A stretch of 64,000 nt of DNA from the IMG/VR virus record IMGVR_UViG_3300031992_000021, positions 1 through 64,000 of that record; one strand, 5' to 3'. A program made the position numbers and the translations under genes. The notes under the pieces were generated by a model. That model did no database searches, was not told the origin of the DNA, and saw only the letters and a program-made list of their open reading frames with translations. This document shows, piece after piece, positions 27,636 to 37,421 of this stretch (positions are counted from its first letter, which is position 1; each line of letters begins with the position of its first letter). The stretch comes from a virus. Taxonomy: Duplodnaviria; Caudoviricetes.

Positions 27636-29165
27636 CTACCGGTAGAACTCCGCCAGCAGTCCTATGCACCGGCTGTCCCTGAGCTTCTCGATCGCCGACA
27701 TCTCGATCTGGCGTATCCTCTCCCTCGTGACGTTGAACAGGAGCCCGACCTCGTCAAGCGTCCTCGGAACGCCGTCTGAAAGTCCGTATCTCGACTCCAT
27801 CACGATCCTCTCGCGCTCCGTTAGCCCCTTCAGCACCTCGGCAACCCGCTCCTTCAGAAGGTTCCTGTCGCACACGTCCGCCTGGTTCTCCGTCTTGTCG
27901 TCCGCGATGAAGTCTCCGTACGTGGCGCTTTCGTCGTCTCCGATCTTGCAGTCAAGCGACACGGTGTGCTGAGACATCTTGCGGAGCTCCGACACCCTGT
28001 CGGCCGTGACGTTCGCCGAATCGCCAGACTTCCCCATTCCGACCAGCTTTGACGTTATCTCGTCCGCCACCTCCGCATCGGTCGCCTTTCGACCAAGCCT
28101 GTCCATCAGCTTCCTGTCGGCCCTTTTCATCATGTCCATCTGCTCGATGACATGGACGGGTATCCGGATGGTCCTTGCCTGGTTCTCGATCGCCCTCGTT
28201 ATCGCCTGACGTATCCACCAGATCGCGTAGGTGGAGAACTTGTGCCCCCTGCGGTAGCTGAACTTCCTCACGGCGTTCATGAGGCCGAGATTCCCCTCCT
28301 GCACGAGGTCGAGGAACGAAATCCCGCGGTTGACGTACTTTTTGGCCACGAACACGACGAGGCGCTGGTTTGCCTCTATGATGCGCGTCCTGGCGGCGTT
28401 TCCCTCGTCGATCGCCCTCCGCAGCTCCGAGAAGCATGATCGGAAGTCGTCAGGCGTCATCCCGAACGTCGCTTCCATCTTTCTGACTTCGTCGGATTCC
28501 GAAGAGTCCTTTACGAGTTTCAGGTATGGTAGGTAGATGGTCTCGTGGGCGGTGTCGCAGAGCTTCTCAAGGACGTCGTGGCGGAACGACAGCTCGTCGA
28601 AGCACCGGCGGAGTTCCGCCCTGGCTCCGAACACGTCTCCGCCGGCGGCAAACTCCCTGGCGAGGCGATCGCGGGCGGACTCAACCTTTCCGCGGAAGGT
28701 TGGGATTAGGGCGATGTAGGCGTTTCGCTTGCCGCTGAAGGCGCCGCCGACTATGTGGTCGAAACGCTCGCTCCTTTCGTCCAGACGGTCGAGCACCTTG
28801 AGGTACATTTCCGGTGCGAAGAGGAATTTGTTGAAGAGGTCGCGTGCGCATATCTCGGAGTCGCAGATGATGCGGAACGCGTCCGACTCCTCGTCCTTCG
28901 TGAGAAGCTTCACCTGCCCGACGTGCCTGAGGTACGAACCCACAAGCGTCTCAGGCCCCCTTTCGCGCCTTGACTTCGGAGACCGTATGTCGGACGGAAC
29001 GTCGACAACCTCGATCCCAACAGCCCTCAGAACGTCTATGTACCGACACGACACCGTGCTGGCCGGAACTCCTCCCGGCAAGGCCGAAAGAAGCTCTGCG
29101 TAGGCAATCCTGCCTCCGTTTTCGCAGCTTCGACGCCTAAGATCGTCGAGCATGCGTGCGAACAT
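27636..29165 (-). CDS. rpoD: RpoD-like group 1/2 sigma-70 factor
   Basis: Region 1.2 [14 protein letters not shown]; region 2 [31 protein letters not shown]...[17 protein letters not shown]; region 4 [18 protein letters not shown]. Start uncertain. Confidence 0.92.
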   Translation of the reverse strand: MFARMLDDLRRRSCENGGRIAYAELLSALPGGVPASTVSCRYIDVLRAVGIEVVDVPSDIRSPKSRRERGPETLVGSYLRHVGQVKLLTKDEESDAFRIICDSEICARDLFNKFLFAPEMYLKVLDRLDERSERFDHIVGGAFSGKRNAYIALIPTFRGKVESARDRLAREFAAGGDVFGARAELRRCFDELSFRHDVLEKLCDTAHETIYLPYLKLVKDSSESDEVRKMEATFGMTPDDFRSCFSELRRAIDEGNAARTRIIEANQRLVVFVAKKYVNRGISFLDLVQEGNLGLMNAVRKFSYRRGHKFSTYAIWWIRQAITRAIENQARTIRIPVHVIEQMDMMKRADRKLMDRLGRKATDAEVADEITSKLVGMGKSGDSANVTADRVSELRKMSQHTVSLDCKIGDDESATYGDFIADDKTENQADVCDRNLLKERVAEVLKGLTERERIVMESRYGLSDGVPRTLDEVGLLFNVTRERIRQIEMSAIEKLRDSRCIGLLAEFYR

Positions 29166-29227
29166 GTTCGCGCTATCGCTGTTCAGGCATGATACAGACA
29201 CTGAAACTCCCAAAGAAATTTCAATAT

Positions 29228-29256
29228 ATTGTATCACGGACTTATGTAAAAGTCAA
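29228..29256 (-). promoter_or_regulatory. sigma-70 promoter of the sigma factor gene
   Basis: Minus strand TTGACT-17nt-TACAAT with extended TG. Confidence 0.7.
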
Positions 29257-29306
29257 TGGGCTACATGTTCAAATCGTCTTTCAGGTTTTATGGATCTCGG
29301 GCGTTC

Positions 29307-30077
29307 TCAATCTTCAAGAAGCCACTTGTTCATCGTCTCGTCGAACGCCTTCTTGAGGCTCGATACATCCTCTCCTCGCTCGGCACGCATCTTCGCCACG
29401 CGGAGAATCCACCACATCTTGGATCCGCCTTTTGCATGGAACTTCTCGTACCATTCGGTCTGTATCTTGGCAAGCTCAACCGGCGAGCAGTTCTTGACGG
29501 TCGCCCTGACAAGCTCTGCATACATCGCAGCTGCTATGTACGGAACCTGGGCATCAGTCGCCTTTTCGAGAGCAACAGCGAGAAGATCCGGGAGCTTAGA
29601 GAACTCCATCTTCGCAAGGGCGGCATCGAAAACGGCAGGAACGTCCACCGGATTCACCTTGGCCAGTACCGCGGCGAAGACGTCCGGCACGTCGACAGGA
29701 TCTGTTTTCGCAAGCGCAACCTGTGCGATGTACGGAACCTGCGCCTCGGTGGCCTTCTCGAGGGCAACCGCAAGTAGAGCCGGCACTTCAGACGATGCCG
29801 CCACCGCAAGCTCCGCCGCGAACGCCGCTACGACCTTGGACTTTACAGGGTCGGCCTCCTTTACCGGCTCTACGTCCTTTACCTCGAATGCAGCAGGCTT
29901 TGCAGGCTTCACCTCCGACACCGATGCCTTGTAGGACACCGGTGACGAAAGTTCCACCTTCACCCTTTCCTGCTTTCCGTCCTCGACCCATCCAAACTCA
30001 GGATCGAGGCGCATTCCGTCCTGCCCGAGGCACAAAAACGCAAGAGAGGACGCAAAAGCTATGACGTAAGTGCGCAT
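29307..30077 (-). CDS. secreted Ala-rich protein with internal repeats
   Basis: Signal-like N-terminus; LLAVALEKAT(E/D)AQVPYIA x2 and PVDVP.VF.A.LAK x2. Confidence 0.7.
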   Translation of the reverse strand: MRTYVIAFASSLAFLCLGQDGMRLDPEFGWVEDGKQERVKVELSSPVSYKASVSEVKPAKPAAFEVKDVEPVKEADPVKSKVVAAFAAELAVAASSEVPALLAVALEKATEAQVPYIAQVALAKTDPVDVPDVFAAVLAKVNPVDVPAVFDAALAKMEFSKLPDLLAVALEKATDAQVPYIAAAMYAELVRATVKNCSPVELAKIQTEWYEKFHAKGGSKMWWILRVAKMRAERGEDVSSLKKAFDETMNKWLLED

Positions 30078-30090
30078 CTCGATCCCCGGA

Positions 30091-30984
30091 CTAGTTGTTG
30101 AACTTCTTCACGAAGTCGTTGTAGGCATCGACTCCAAGATGCGAGCGAAGGATAAACCGGTTCGCCGCGTCGAAATTGATATCCCCGTAGAAGATGTCGT
30201 CCTTGAACTTCGCGAGCTCTTCGTCAGACATCCACTTGACGTCAATCCACCTGTAGTCAGGAAACCACTTCGACAGCCACTCCCTGACGCCGGCCATCTT
30301 TGGCGCGTTGAGGGCGGACGAAAGCTCGTCGACCGCGTCCTGAACGTGATTCACCCCGTCCTTCACCACGATAGGCACGCCGCGTTCGCGAAGCTTGCGA
30401 CGGATATGCCTTGGCGCTTCACGCAAAACCATCGAAGCTGCGCGGTCGACACCGCCGTAACCGAAATATCCGTTTCTCTTCGTTCCGCATTCGGCAAGGA
30501 CGTTTATGTACGCGCATATGTCAACAAGTGTACTCTTGTTTTCGATTGCCTTTCGGGTATACTGCACGAACGCAGGGAACTCTTTAAGAAGAGCACCTTC
30601 ACGGTGCGTGACGAGAAACTTCTCAGTGCTCTTCGGGGCGTTCTTGAACATAATCGCGCTCAACAAAATTCCCGCGTCAGCAAACTTCGCGTCGTACTCA
30701 GGGGCGAGCTCCAATCCTGGCGCCGGGCCCCAATGTCGGAATATCGATCCATATACATGTGACGCTATGGACTTGCCGGCAACGAGATTCGTCTTGGAGA
30801 CTTCAAGGGCATAGTCTGCCACAGCCTTGATCTCGTCCACCTTGAGCGTATACTGCCATTCGCTGCGGACATTGTAATCTGCCCCGGACGGATAGCCTGC
30901 CAGGATCTCCTGCGCCGTCTTAGCGTCCTGGGCGAACGCCGAACATGCCGCTGCGATCGCTAAAATAACTGCCTTGAATTTCAT
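30091..30984 (-). CDS. secreted protein, paralog family A (copy 3)
   Basis: Signal peptide; C-terminal domain shared with the next two genes. Confidence 0.8.
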   Translation of the reverse strand: MKFKAVILAIAAACSAFAQDAKTAQEILAGYPSGADYNVRSEWQYTLKVDEIKAVADYALEVSKTNLVAGKSIASHVYGSIFRHWGPAPGLELAPEYDAKFADAGILLSAIMFKNAPKSTEKFLVTHREGALLKEFPAFVQYTRKAIENKSTLVDICAYINVLAECGTKRNGYFGYGGVDRAASMVLREAPRHIRRKLRERGVPIVVKDGVNHVQDAVDELSSALNAPKMAGVREWLSKWFPDYRWIDVKWMSDEELAKFKDDIFYGDINFDAANRFILRSHLGVDAYNDFVKKFNN

Positions 30985-31007
30985 TGCTTCATCCTGTTCT
31001 TCTGAAT

Positions 31008-31871
31008 TTACTTGTTGTACTTCTTGATGAACTCGTTGTACCCGTCGAGACCGAGGTTGGCCCTGAGCACGCTCTGGACTCTCCAGTTGAAGTCGGTCTG
31101 ACCGTAGAACACGTCATCCATGAGCTTCTTGAGATCCTCCTCCGACATCCACGAAGGCTCGATCCAGACATGGTCCGGATACCATTTCGCAACCCATTCC
31201 TTGAGGCCCTGCATGCGAGGACTGTTGAACGCAGCGGAGAGCTCGTCCATGGCGTCCTGCACGGGATTCTTGCCGTCAGCCCCGACAAGGAACGATCCGC
31301 CCTTTTCGCGGATGAGCTTCTTCAGCGCCTTCGGAGCGGACGAAAGGATGAGCTTTGAATAACGGTCGAAATTGCCGTTGTACCACAGAACGCCTCCGAC
31401 ATCCGCATAGCTTTCAGCGAATACCGTGATATGCTGCAGCAGGCTTGCCGACACAAAAGCCCCCCTAACTGCCCTGCAAACCTCAGCCGTAACAGGACGC
31501 TTCTCCCCGATGATCTCGACATACTTCAGCGTACACTTTGGCATGCATTCAAAACCTCTCTTGCCGCCAAAGTATAATTTAGGCAGTTTTGTGGCGGCAT
31601 ACTTGCCGTCGTACTCATTGAGCAGGGATTCGCAGTTCTTCCTCTTGCCCAAAACCATGTTGACGAACGCAGAGGGGAGAAGCCTCTTGTTGGAGGCGAT
31701 TTCGAGATCTGCGATCTGACGCCACTCGTCGGTCGTGACGTTGTCCAGAAAAGCCTCGATCTGGTCCTTGTCGACGGACTTGAACTCCGCAAACACCTCT
31801 TCCGCGGTCCTGGCGTAGGACAGCGAGCAGAGCATGGCGCACGCAATGGCAATAAGCTTATTCATTTTCAT
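31008..31871 (-). CDS. secreted protein, paralog family A (copy 2)
   Basis: Signal peptide; GKNPVQDA.DELS.A.N.P.M.GL.EW..KW.PD domain. Confidence 0.8.
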   Translation of the reverse strand: MKMNKLIAIACAMLCSLSYARTAEEVFAEFKSVDKDQIEAFLDNVTTDEWRQIADLEIASNKRLLPSAFVNMVLGKRKNCESLLNEYDGKYAATKLPKLYFGGKRGFECMPKCTLKYVEIIGEKRPVTAEVCRAVRGAFVSASLLQHITVFAESYADVGGVLWYNGNFDRYSKLILSSAPKALKKLIREKGGSFLVGADGKNPVQDAMDELSAAFNSPRMQGLKEWVAKWYPDHVWIEPSWMSEEDLKKLMDDVFYGQTDFNWRVQSVLRANLGLDGYNEFIKKYNK

Positions 31872-31900
31872 CTCCTTTGTTTGTCGTTCTGTGGTTTGGT

Positions 31901-32818
31901 TTACTTGACAGTGCCGTTGTACAGCCTGACGAAGTCGTTGTAGGCCTCAATTCCAAGATGGGCTTCGAGCTTCACCTTGTAATCGGACCTGAAATCCTTT
32001 TCTCCGTAGAATACGTCGTCCTTCAGCTTCTGGATATCGGCATCTGACATCCAGTTCGGCTCAACCCACTCGTAGTCCGCGAACCACTTCGCGATCCACT
32101 GCCTTAGCCCGGACATCTTGGGCGCGTTGAGGGCCGATGAAAACTCGTCTATCGCATCCTGGACCGGATTCTTTCCGTCAGACCCAACGACAAAGCTGAC
32201 GCCCTGCTCCCTCATGCGCCTCTTCACGGCTTTCGCCGCCATCGAGACAAGCCTCTCCTTGGATTTGCCTCCCATGTAGTATCCCAAGCCTCCGTTGCAC
32301 GAGTGCTCTGCGACGACATTGACGGCCTCGGGGAATGTGGCGACGCTCCAGATCATTCCGGACTTGTGTTTTCTCACTGTACGGACCGTCACAGGATACT
32401 TGGCAAGCCAGTCGACTTTAGGATTTTCCATCGACAGCATTTTCTCGCTTGTTCGAGGTATCGTGTCGTAGGTCCTCAGAGGATTGACATCGTATCCGTC
32501 AATGGCGAGCAGCTTCGCGTCGACCTCCTCGCTCAGATCCGAACACTGGTTGCGAAGCCAGTTGCCGAGGATGTCGAACGGATAAACCATGGCTCCGTTG
32601 TTGCCTGACCTTACACGTTCGATCGCTCTGTCTATAACGGACTTCATCTCGTCCTTGGAGAGAGACTTCGCAAACTCCTGCAGTTCCCTGATAGTTCCGG
32701 GATAGCCATCCCGCAACTCCTTTCCCCTTGCGACTATCTCGTCTGCCGTTCTGGCGGCAAAGGCGCTGATACACATGGCTGACGACACGAGAGCCATTAT
32801 GACTACCATCTTTTTCAT
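31901..32818 (-). CDS. secreted protein, paralog family A (copy 1)
   Basis: Start trimmed to MKKMVV (AAAGGA RBS; TGGTATAAT at 32852-32860); same C-terminal domain. Confidence 0.8.
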   Translation of the reverse strand: MKKMVVIMALVSSAMCISAFAARTADEIVARGKELRDGYPGTIRELQEFAKSLSKDEMKSVIDRAIERVRSGNNGAMVYPFDILGNWLRNQCSDLSEEVDAKLLAIDGYDVNPLRTYDTIPRTSEKMLSMENPKVDWLAKYPVTVRTVRKHKSGMIWSVATFPEAVNVVAEHSCNGGLGYYMGGKSKERLVSMAAKAVKRRMREQGVSFVVGSDGKNPVQDAIDEFSSALNAPKMSGLRQWIAKWFADYEWVEPNWMSDADIQKLKDDVFYGEKDFRSDYKVKLEAHLGIEAYNDFVRLYNGTVK

Positions 32819-32865
32819 GATGTTCCTTTCCTTTGATTTTTCTGTCTCACCATTATACCATAAAA

Positions 32866-33660
32866 TCACTGCACAGCCCAATTCGGGAGTTCAGAGAACC
32901 AGCGCACAGGAGCTATCGGGTGCCACAGGGTCTTCGTCGACCCATCCTCGTGCTCTGCATCGTTGTTCATGTTCCTCAGATAGCACCACATGAGGTCCTC
33001 GTTGTCCTCCCTGAGCCAGTCGCCTGGGTGTTTTACAATGCAGGATGAGTCGACGAGCACCACGACGTTCCTGAGCTCATACCCCCAGTCGATCGTGTTC
33101 CCTATCTTGGTATACGCACGGACGTCCCACGAGCTTCCGTATCCCGTTCCAACGTACATCTTCATCTTGTCCCAGTTGTTCCCGTCTTCGGACCCCTTGT
33201 CCGCCACTTCGCTCTGGGAGTAGAACTGGAGTCGGGTCTCCTCCGTGCCGGCGGAGTGCGAGAAGTTGTTCGTGGATGCCTTCAGCTCGAACCCCGCGAA
33301 ACTGGACGACATGGACCTCCAGTAGTTTGAATACCACGAGCTCGCCGTGTGTGCAGTAACGCATCGGTACGGAGAGCCATTGTACATCACGGCGTCTCCT
33401 CTGTAGTAGTACGTGCCGGTAGAGAACTCAGGATATCCCATCGGAGGTTCCCTGTTGACCGGTATGATGAACATGGCTATCCGCCTGACCGGCGCCCTGT
33501 CGTCAACCACCCTGTCTACGTAGTTGCTGACCGCCGAAACCTTGTTCGTCACGAACGTCTCGGTGGCCATCCTCGCCGTTGCCCCGATCGTCTGAAGCGG
33601 AAGCGCCGACATGGCTGAAACTGTAAATGCGCAAAGCGCAGCTGCCTTTGTTTTTTTCAT
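32866..33660 (-). CDS. secreted/virion protein with CBM5/12-like module
   Basis: F.....Y..GD.V.YNG..YRC..AHT...W motif; signal-like N-terminus. Confidence 0.7.
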   Translation of the reverse strand: MKKTKAAALCAFTVSAMSALPLQTIGATARMATETFVTNKVSAVSNYVDRVVDDRAPVRRIAMFIIPVNREPPMGYPEFSTGTYYYRGDAVMYNGSPYRCVTAHTASSWYSNYWRSMSSSFAGFELKASTNNFSHSAGTEETRLQFYSQSEVADKGSEDGNNWDKMKMYVGTGYGSSWDVRAYTKIGNTIDWGYELRNVVVLVDSSCIVKHPGDWLREDNEDLMWCYLRNMNNDAEHEDGSTKTLWHPIAPVRWFSELPNWAVQ

Positions 33661-34151
33661 CTTGTCACTCCGTTTTGTTCTACGGCTATGGTCTTTACCC
33701 CGTTGCCGTCCTCAACAGTTATCTTGTGGTACAGTCCGGTAGACTCGTCCTTTGCGTACGCGTCGTCCGAGGACACTCCAGAGATCCCGTTCTGGTCGAC
33801 CGCGATCGTCTTTATACCACCGGAATCCTCTATCGCAAGCTTGTAGAATAGTCCTGTCGAGGCTTCCCTGGCGTAGAGATCTTCAGGTATTCCGCCTCCG
33901 CCTCCTCCGCCGCCATCTCCTTTCATTGAAAGCGCTTCGTCGACCGTCGTTTCGGTGAAATGCGATGGATCCCACGCCCCTGAATGCACGACTGTGCATC
34001 TGTAGAGCGTGTCCCCGCGGTACACAAGGCGCCCTTCTGAATACGCTGCCGATTCGCTGAACGTCGGCGCAAGGGCCGACTTCTCGACCTTCTGCCCGAT
34101 CGCGCTCCGGAGCATTCCGAACGCCGCTATGACTTTCTGGTATAGTGTCAT
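33657..34151 (-). CDS. fibre-associated protein with CBM5/12-like module and duplicated C-terminal motif
   Basis: FSESAAYSEGRLVYRGDTLYRC...W; YA....TGL..K...ED..G.KTIAV.QNG x2. Confidence 0.7.
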   Translation of the reverse strand: MTLYQKVIAAFGMLRSAIGQKVEKSALAPTFSESAAYSEGRLVYRGDTLYRCTVVHSGAWDPSHFTETTVDEALSMKGDGGGGGGGGIPEDLYAREASTGLFYKLAIEDSGGIKTIAVDQNGISGVSSDDAYAKDESTGLYHKITVEDGNGVKTIAVEQNGVTR

Positions 34152-34167
34152 GGCGCTTCGCCCCCGG

Positions 34168-34689
34168 TCACTCCTCCGCCGCCTTCAGTATGGCCGCAAC
34201 AGTTTCGTCGTCAACGCCAAGCGCATTCTTCGCAAGGCTTACCCATGAATTGAAAAGCTCGTTGTCAGCTGAAAGGTCCTGGGACAGCGAGAACGCCTCC
34301 CATGCGTTAAGTCCGTCGACCTCCTGCGTCTGAAGCCACTCCTTCAGCTGCTGCCACTTGCCTATCTTGGACAGGGCGACGTACAGCTTGAGCTTTGAAT
34401 ATCTTGGAGGCTTGACGAAACCGGTGGCGGAGAACAGCTTGTTCGTGACCGTCCATGACCTGCCGCTCTGGACGTACGTGCAGATCATCACGCCGTTAGT
34501 CACCGTCCTCGACTGGAGCCTGCGCTGCGACGATATCGCCTCAAGCCTCCTCACGGCAGCCTTTCCGATCGCCTTCTCAAGGGAGTTGGTCGATGAAGGC
34601 GATGCCGCAAGAGACGTCACGGCCGAGAATATCGCCAGAAAGGCGGTCGCCGCCACCGATATGAAAGATCTCGCTCTTGGTGTATTCAT
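34168..34689 (-). CDS. secreted hypothetical protein
   Basis: Signal-like N-terminus, AAAGGAG RBS. Confidence 0.7.
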   Translation of the reverse strand: MNTPRARSFISVAATAFLAIFSAVTSLAASPSSTNSLEKAIGKAAVRRLEAISSQRRLQSRTVTNGVMICTYVQSGRSWTVTNKLFSATGFVKPPRYSKLKLYVALSKIGKWQQLKEWLQTQEVDGLNAWEAFSLSQDLSADNELFNSWVSLAKNALGVDDETVAAILKAAEE

Positions 34690-34706
34690 GGTATTCTCCT
34701 TTTGTC

Positions 34707-35573
34707 CTAGTTTTCGATGGGTACGAGCCCGAGAAACGCTCCGTTGTCGAACAGGGCGACCACACCGGTCTCGCTGTTTGTCACCGGTCCGGTGAAAGTC
34801 GGATATGTAGCGCCGCCATCCGTTACCGTAAGAAGGTAGCTTCCGAACGCAACACCGTCAGGGCCGCCCCATTTCCCGTGCGGATTGAGGTTGCAAGGTA
34901 TGTTCCTGAGCGCCTCAGGGCGCTTCACGTAGAGCTTGTGGCACGTGTAGTGGACGTCCGCGGAACTCGTCCTGTGCAGGACTATGTCGTATGTGTTCGT
35001 GAAGTGGTCGGTCGTGTTCTTCTTCGTCCAGCTTCCTGCAACGCGGTTTGTCGTGAATCCGGACTCCCATACGTACGGAACCGTCATCGTTGGAGAATTG
35101 GTGAAGCTCTGGCCGAAATAGATGTACAGCACGTCCTCGTTGGAGGCTGAATCGTAGCTGTTTGACGCGACATAGATGTCGAACCTCCTTGACGTAAGGG
35201 GAACCACGGGAAACTGAAGAGTCACGAACCTGCCTGTCTTCGGCACGTTCGAGAGCGAAGCCCTGAGCGACTCCACTCCGTTCGAGAATCCCTGCTGCCA
35301 GGCCTTTGCGACCCTTCCTATGTTCTTCGCCGTCTCCTCCTCCGCGGCCGCGTCGGCAATCGACGCAAGAACTCTGTTCTTGTCCCTCAGCTGCCCGTCT
35401 TCAGTCTCGGTTATGACGTTCTTCTGCCACGAGAAGTTCGTCACCACTCCGGACACCGACTCCGCCACGACAGACCTTTCAGCCCCAAGCCCCGTGCCAA
35501 GTCCCTCGCCAAGCTGCGCAGACGACGCAACTGCAACGAAGGCAGCCATTGATGCGATTGCGAACCTCATCAT
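34707..35573 (-). CDS. secreted hypothetical protein
   Basis: Signal peptide; C-terminus (..GAFLGLV) resembles that of 36403..37179 (..KGLLVGV). Confidence 0.75.
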   Translation of the reverse strand: MMRFAIASMAAFVAVASSAQLGEGLGTGLGAERSVVAESVSGVVTNFSWQKNVITETEDGQLRDKNRVLASIADAAAEEETAKNIGRVAKAWQQGFSNGVESLRASLSNVPKTGRFVTLQFPVVPLTSRRFDIYVASNSYDSASNEDVLYIYFGQSFTNSPTMTVPYVWESGFTTNRVAGSWTKKNTTDHFTNTYDIVLHRTSSADVHYTCHKLYVKRPEALRNIPCNLNPHGKWGGPDGVAFGSYLLTVTDGGATYPTFTGPVTNSETGVVALFDNGAFLGLVPIEN

Positions 35574-36406
35574 TCAGCCACCTCCACCTGAAGCCTGAGA
35601 CGCCACATCGACCGTCTGTCGACCATGAATCCTGGAATTATCATGACATGCTGACCGGCTTCTGCCTCTACAGTCATGACCGATTCCCAGTGCCCTCCCC
35701 TGAACATCCTCTCAAATATAACCTGTCCAGGACCCGTCAGAGCCTCAGCTTCCACGGTGTAGGTTATCGTGGCCTTGCTTGACGTCATGACGAGCGAGTC
35801 GAATGTGATTCCACCCTCTGTCTCTATGTATACCGGCGGAAGGTCGTCGCCGACATAAATCTGCTTGTGCTCCCAGGAGTTCGTCGGTCCGAACACGTAG
35901 TACACTGTGGTCGTGGCTCCGTTGATCGTCCACCCCGAATCCATCTCTACGCCAGAAGGGAGAGCTGCCGTGTTCGCGAAGTTTGTCCATGCGTTTCTGT
36001 TGTCCTCGCGCCACCATATCTTCTGCGCAAGCTCCGAAGGGGTAAACACGGCGTTCGTGACGGAGAATGCGTAGGCGGCTATGTTCGTGCCGTGTCCGAA
36101 GTCATCTATCAACGTATCCGGCACAAGATTCGTAACCGATCCGCCGTGGGCGTATTCGGCGGCGACAAGGCCAATCTCGGGGTCGTGCCCCGTCTTGGAC
36201 ATGATGTTCTTCGATCCTCCGTACATGACGGCCATGCAGACCGAAAGCGTCACGACGATCTTCCCTACGGCGCCAAGCTCCATGAATCTCCTGTGGATGT
36301 CGGACAGGGTCCCGGAGACCATAGGCCACAGGGCGATCGCCGCGCACATTGCCGAAAGAACGGCGGCCGCACAGACAAGTGCGTACATGGCGATTCCGTC
36401 TATCAT
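35570..36406 (-). CDS. membrane-anchored hypothetical protein
   Basis: Two N-terminal hydrophobic segments; start from ATGA overlap. Confidence 0.7.
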   Translation of the reverse strand: MIDGIAMYALVCAAAVLSAMCAAIALWPMVSGTLSDIHRRFMELGAVGKIVVTLSVCMAVMYGGSKNIMSKTGHDPEIGLVAAEYAHGGSVTNLVPDTLIDDFGHGTNIAAYAFSVTNAVFTPSELAQKIWWREDNRNAWTNFANTAALPSGVEMDSGWTINGATTTVYYVFGPTNSWEHKQIYVGDDLPPVYIETEGGITFDSLVMTSSKATITYTVEAEALTGPGQVIFERMFRGGHWESVMTVEAEAGQHVMIIPGFMVDRRSMWRLRLQVEVAE

Positions 36407-37179
36407 TCCGCAACCCCCACAAGAAGCCCCTTCCTGAACGTAAGCGTCTTCCCTCCCCACGAAACGACGGTTGACACCCCGTCCTTAACTCCGTTCGGAA
36501 GGTCTATAGTCGCGCCGTCGGCTATCGCGGCGTCGTTCGGTATCTTCATGTATGTGAATCCGGAGTTCGCCCTCGGAAGCCACACGTCAACGTAGTACAG
36601 GTGCGAGTATTCGTTGCCGTCTTTGTCCTCATAGGTTCCGGACTCCGCAACCGGTGCGGACACGAAGTCCTCGGCAAGGAAATCCCATTCGCTCCTCGGA
36701 ACCCCGTCGATAACCTGCGCGTAACCGACAAGCGGCTGTACGGTCTGGATGTCTTCCGTGAAGGCGAACCTCATCCTCCACTTCCTCGATTCAACGCCTT
36801 GGATCGTTCCGTTCTCTCCTGTGTCCTTGATGTCTATGACCATGACCTTCGCCGTGGCTTCGTCGAACACGACGGCCGCGTCGAAGGACGACAGCTCTAC
36901 GGAATAGAACACTATCGGAGTGCCGGCGGCAACGTTCGTCGCCACCGCGGAAAGAAGATCGACAGCCTGGTTGAAGCCGTCCCTTGCCGCGTCCTGCTCA
37001 GCCATGGCGACCTGGTTAGACGCGGCCACCTTGGCAAGATCCGCCTGCGTGGCCACTGCGTTTGTGGAGTTGAGCTTTCCGTCGTCTCCTACCATCAGCT
37101 CACGCTGTGCAGGCGGAAGTTCTGCGAATGCCTCCGAAGCCAGAGCAAGAAACGCGAATACAGCAAGTACGGATTTCAC
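36403..37179 (-). CDS. secreted hypothetical protein
   Basis: Signal peptide (...EAFA|E). Confidence 0.75.
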   Translation of the reverse strand: MKSVLAVFAFLALASEAFAELPPAQRELMVGDDGKLNSTNAVATQADLAKVAASNQVAMAEQDAARDGFNQAVDLLSAVATNVAAGTPIVFYSVELSSFDAAVVFDEATAKVMVIDIKDTGENGTIQGVESRKWRMRFAFTEDIQTVQPLVGYAQVIDGVPRSEWDFLAEDFVSAPVAESGTYEDKDGNEYSHLYYVDVWLPRANSGFTYMKIPNDAAIADGATIDLPNGVKDGVSTVVSWGGKTLTFRKGLLVGVAE

Positions 37180-37421
37180 TTCGCCCCTCCGTTTCCAAAG
37201 CGATTTGAACGCTTCACTCGGAACGGGGCGTTAGGAGGACCGTTGCGCTCGCTTTCCCTGCGCCTTCTGGCCGCCTCCATCCTGGCCTTGCGCTCTTCGC
37301 GCTCTACCCACAGGATCTGGACGCGGTTCGTGAGCTGAGTCCATGCATCGACAGTTGCGATCGGGACCGCATTTGTTGGATTTGCGGCTGCGAGAGCCAC
37401 CATGAAAAGCAGGTTAGTCAT
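37176..37421 (-). CDS. small hypothetical protein
   Basis: 81 aa, coupled at both ends. Confidence 0.6.
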   Translation of the reverse strand: MTNLLFMVALAAANPTNAVPIATVDAWTQLTNRVQILWVEREERKARMEAARRRRESERNGPPNAPFRVKRSNRFGNGGAK

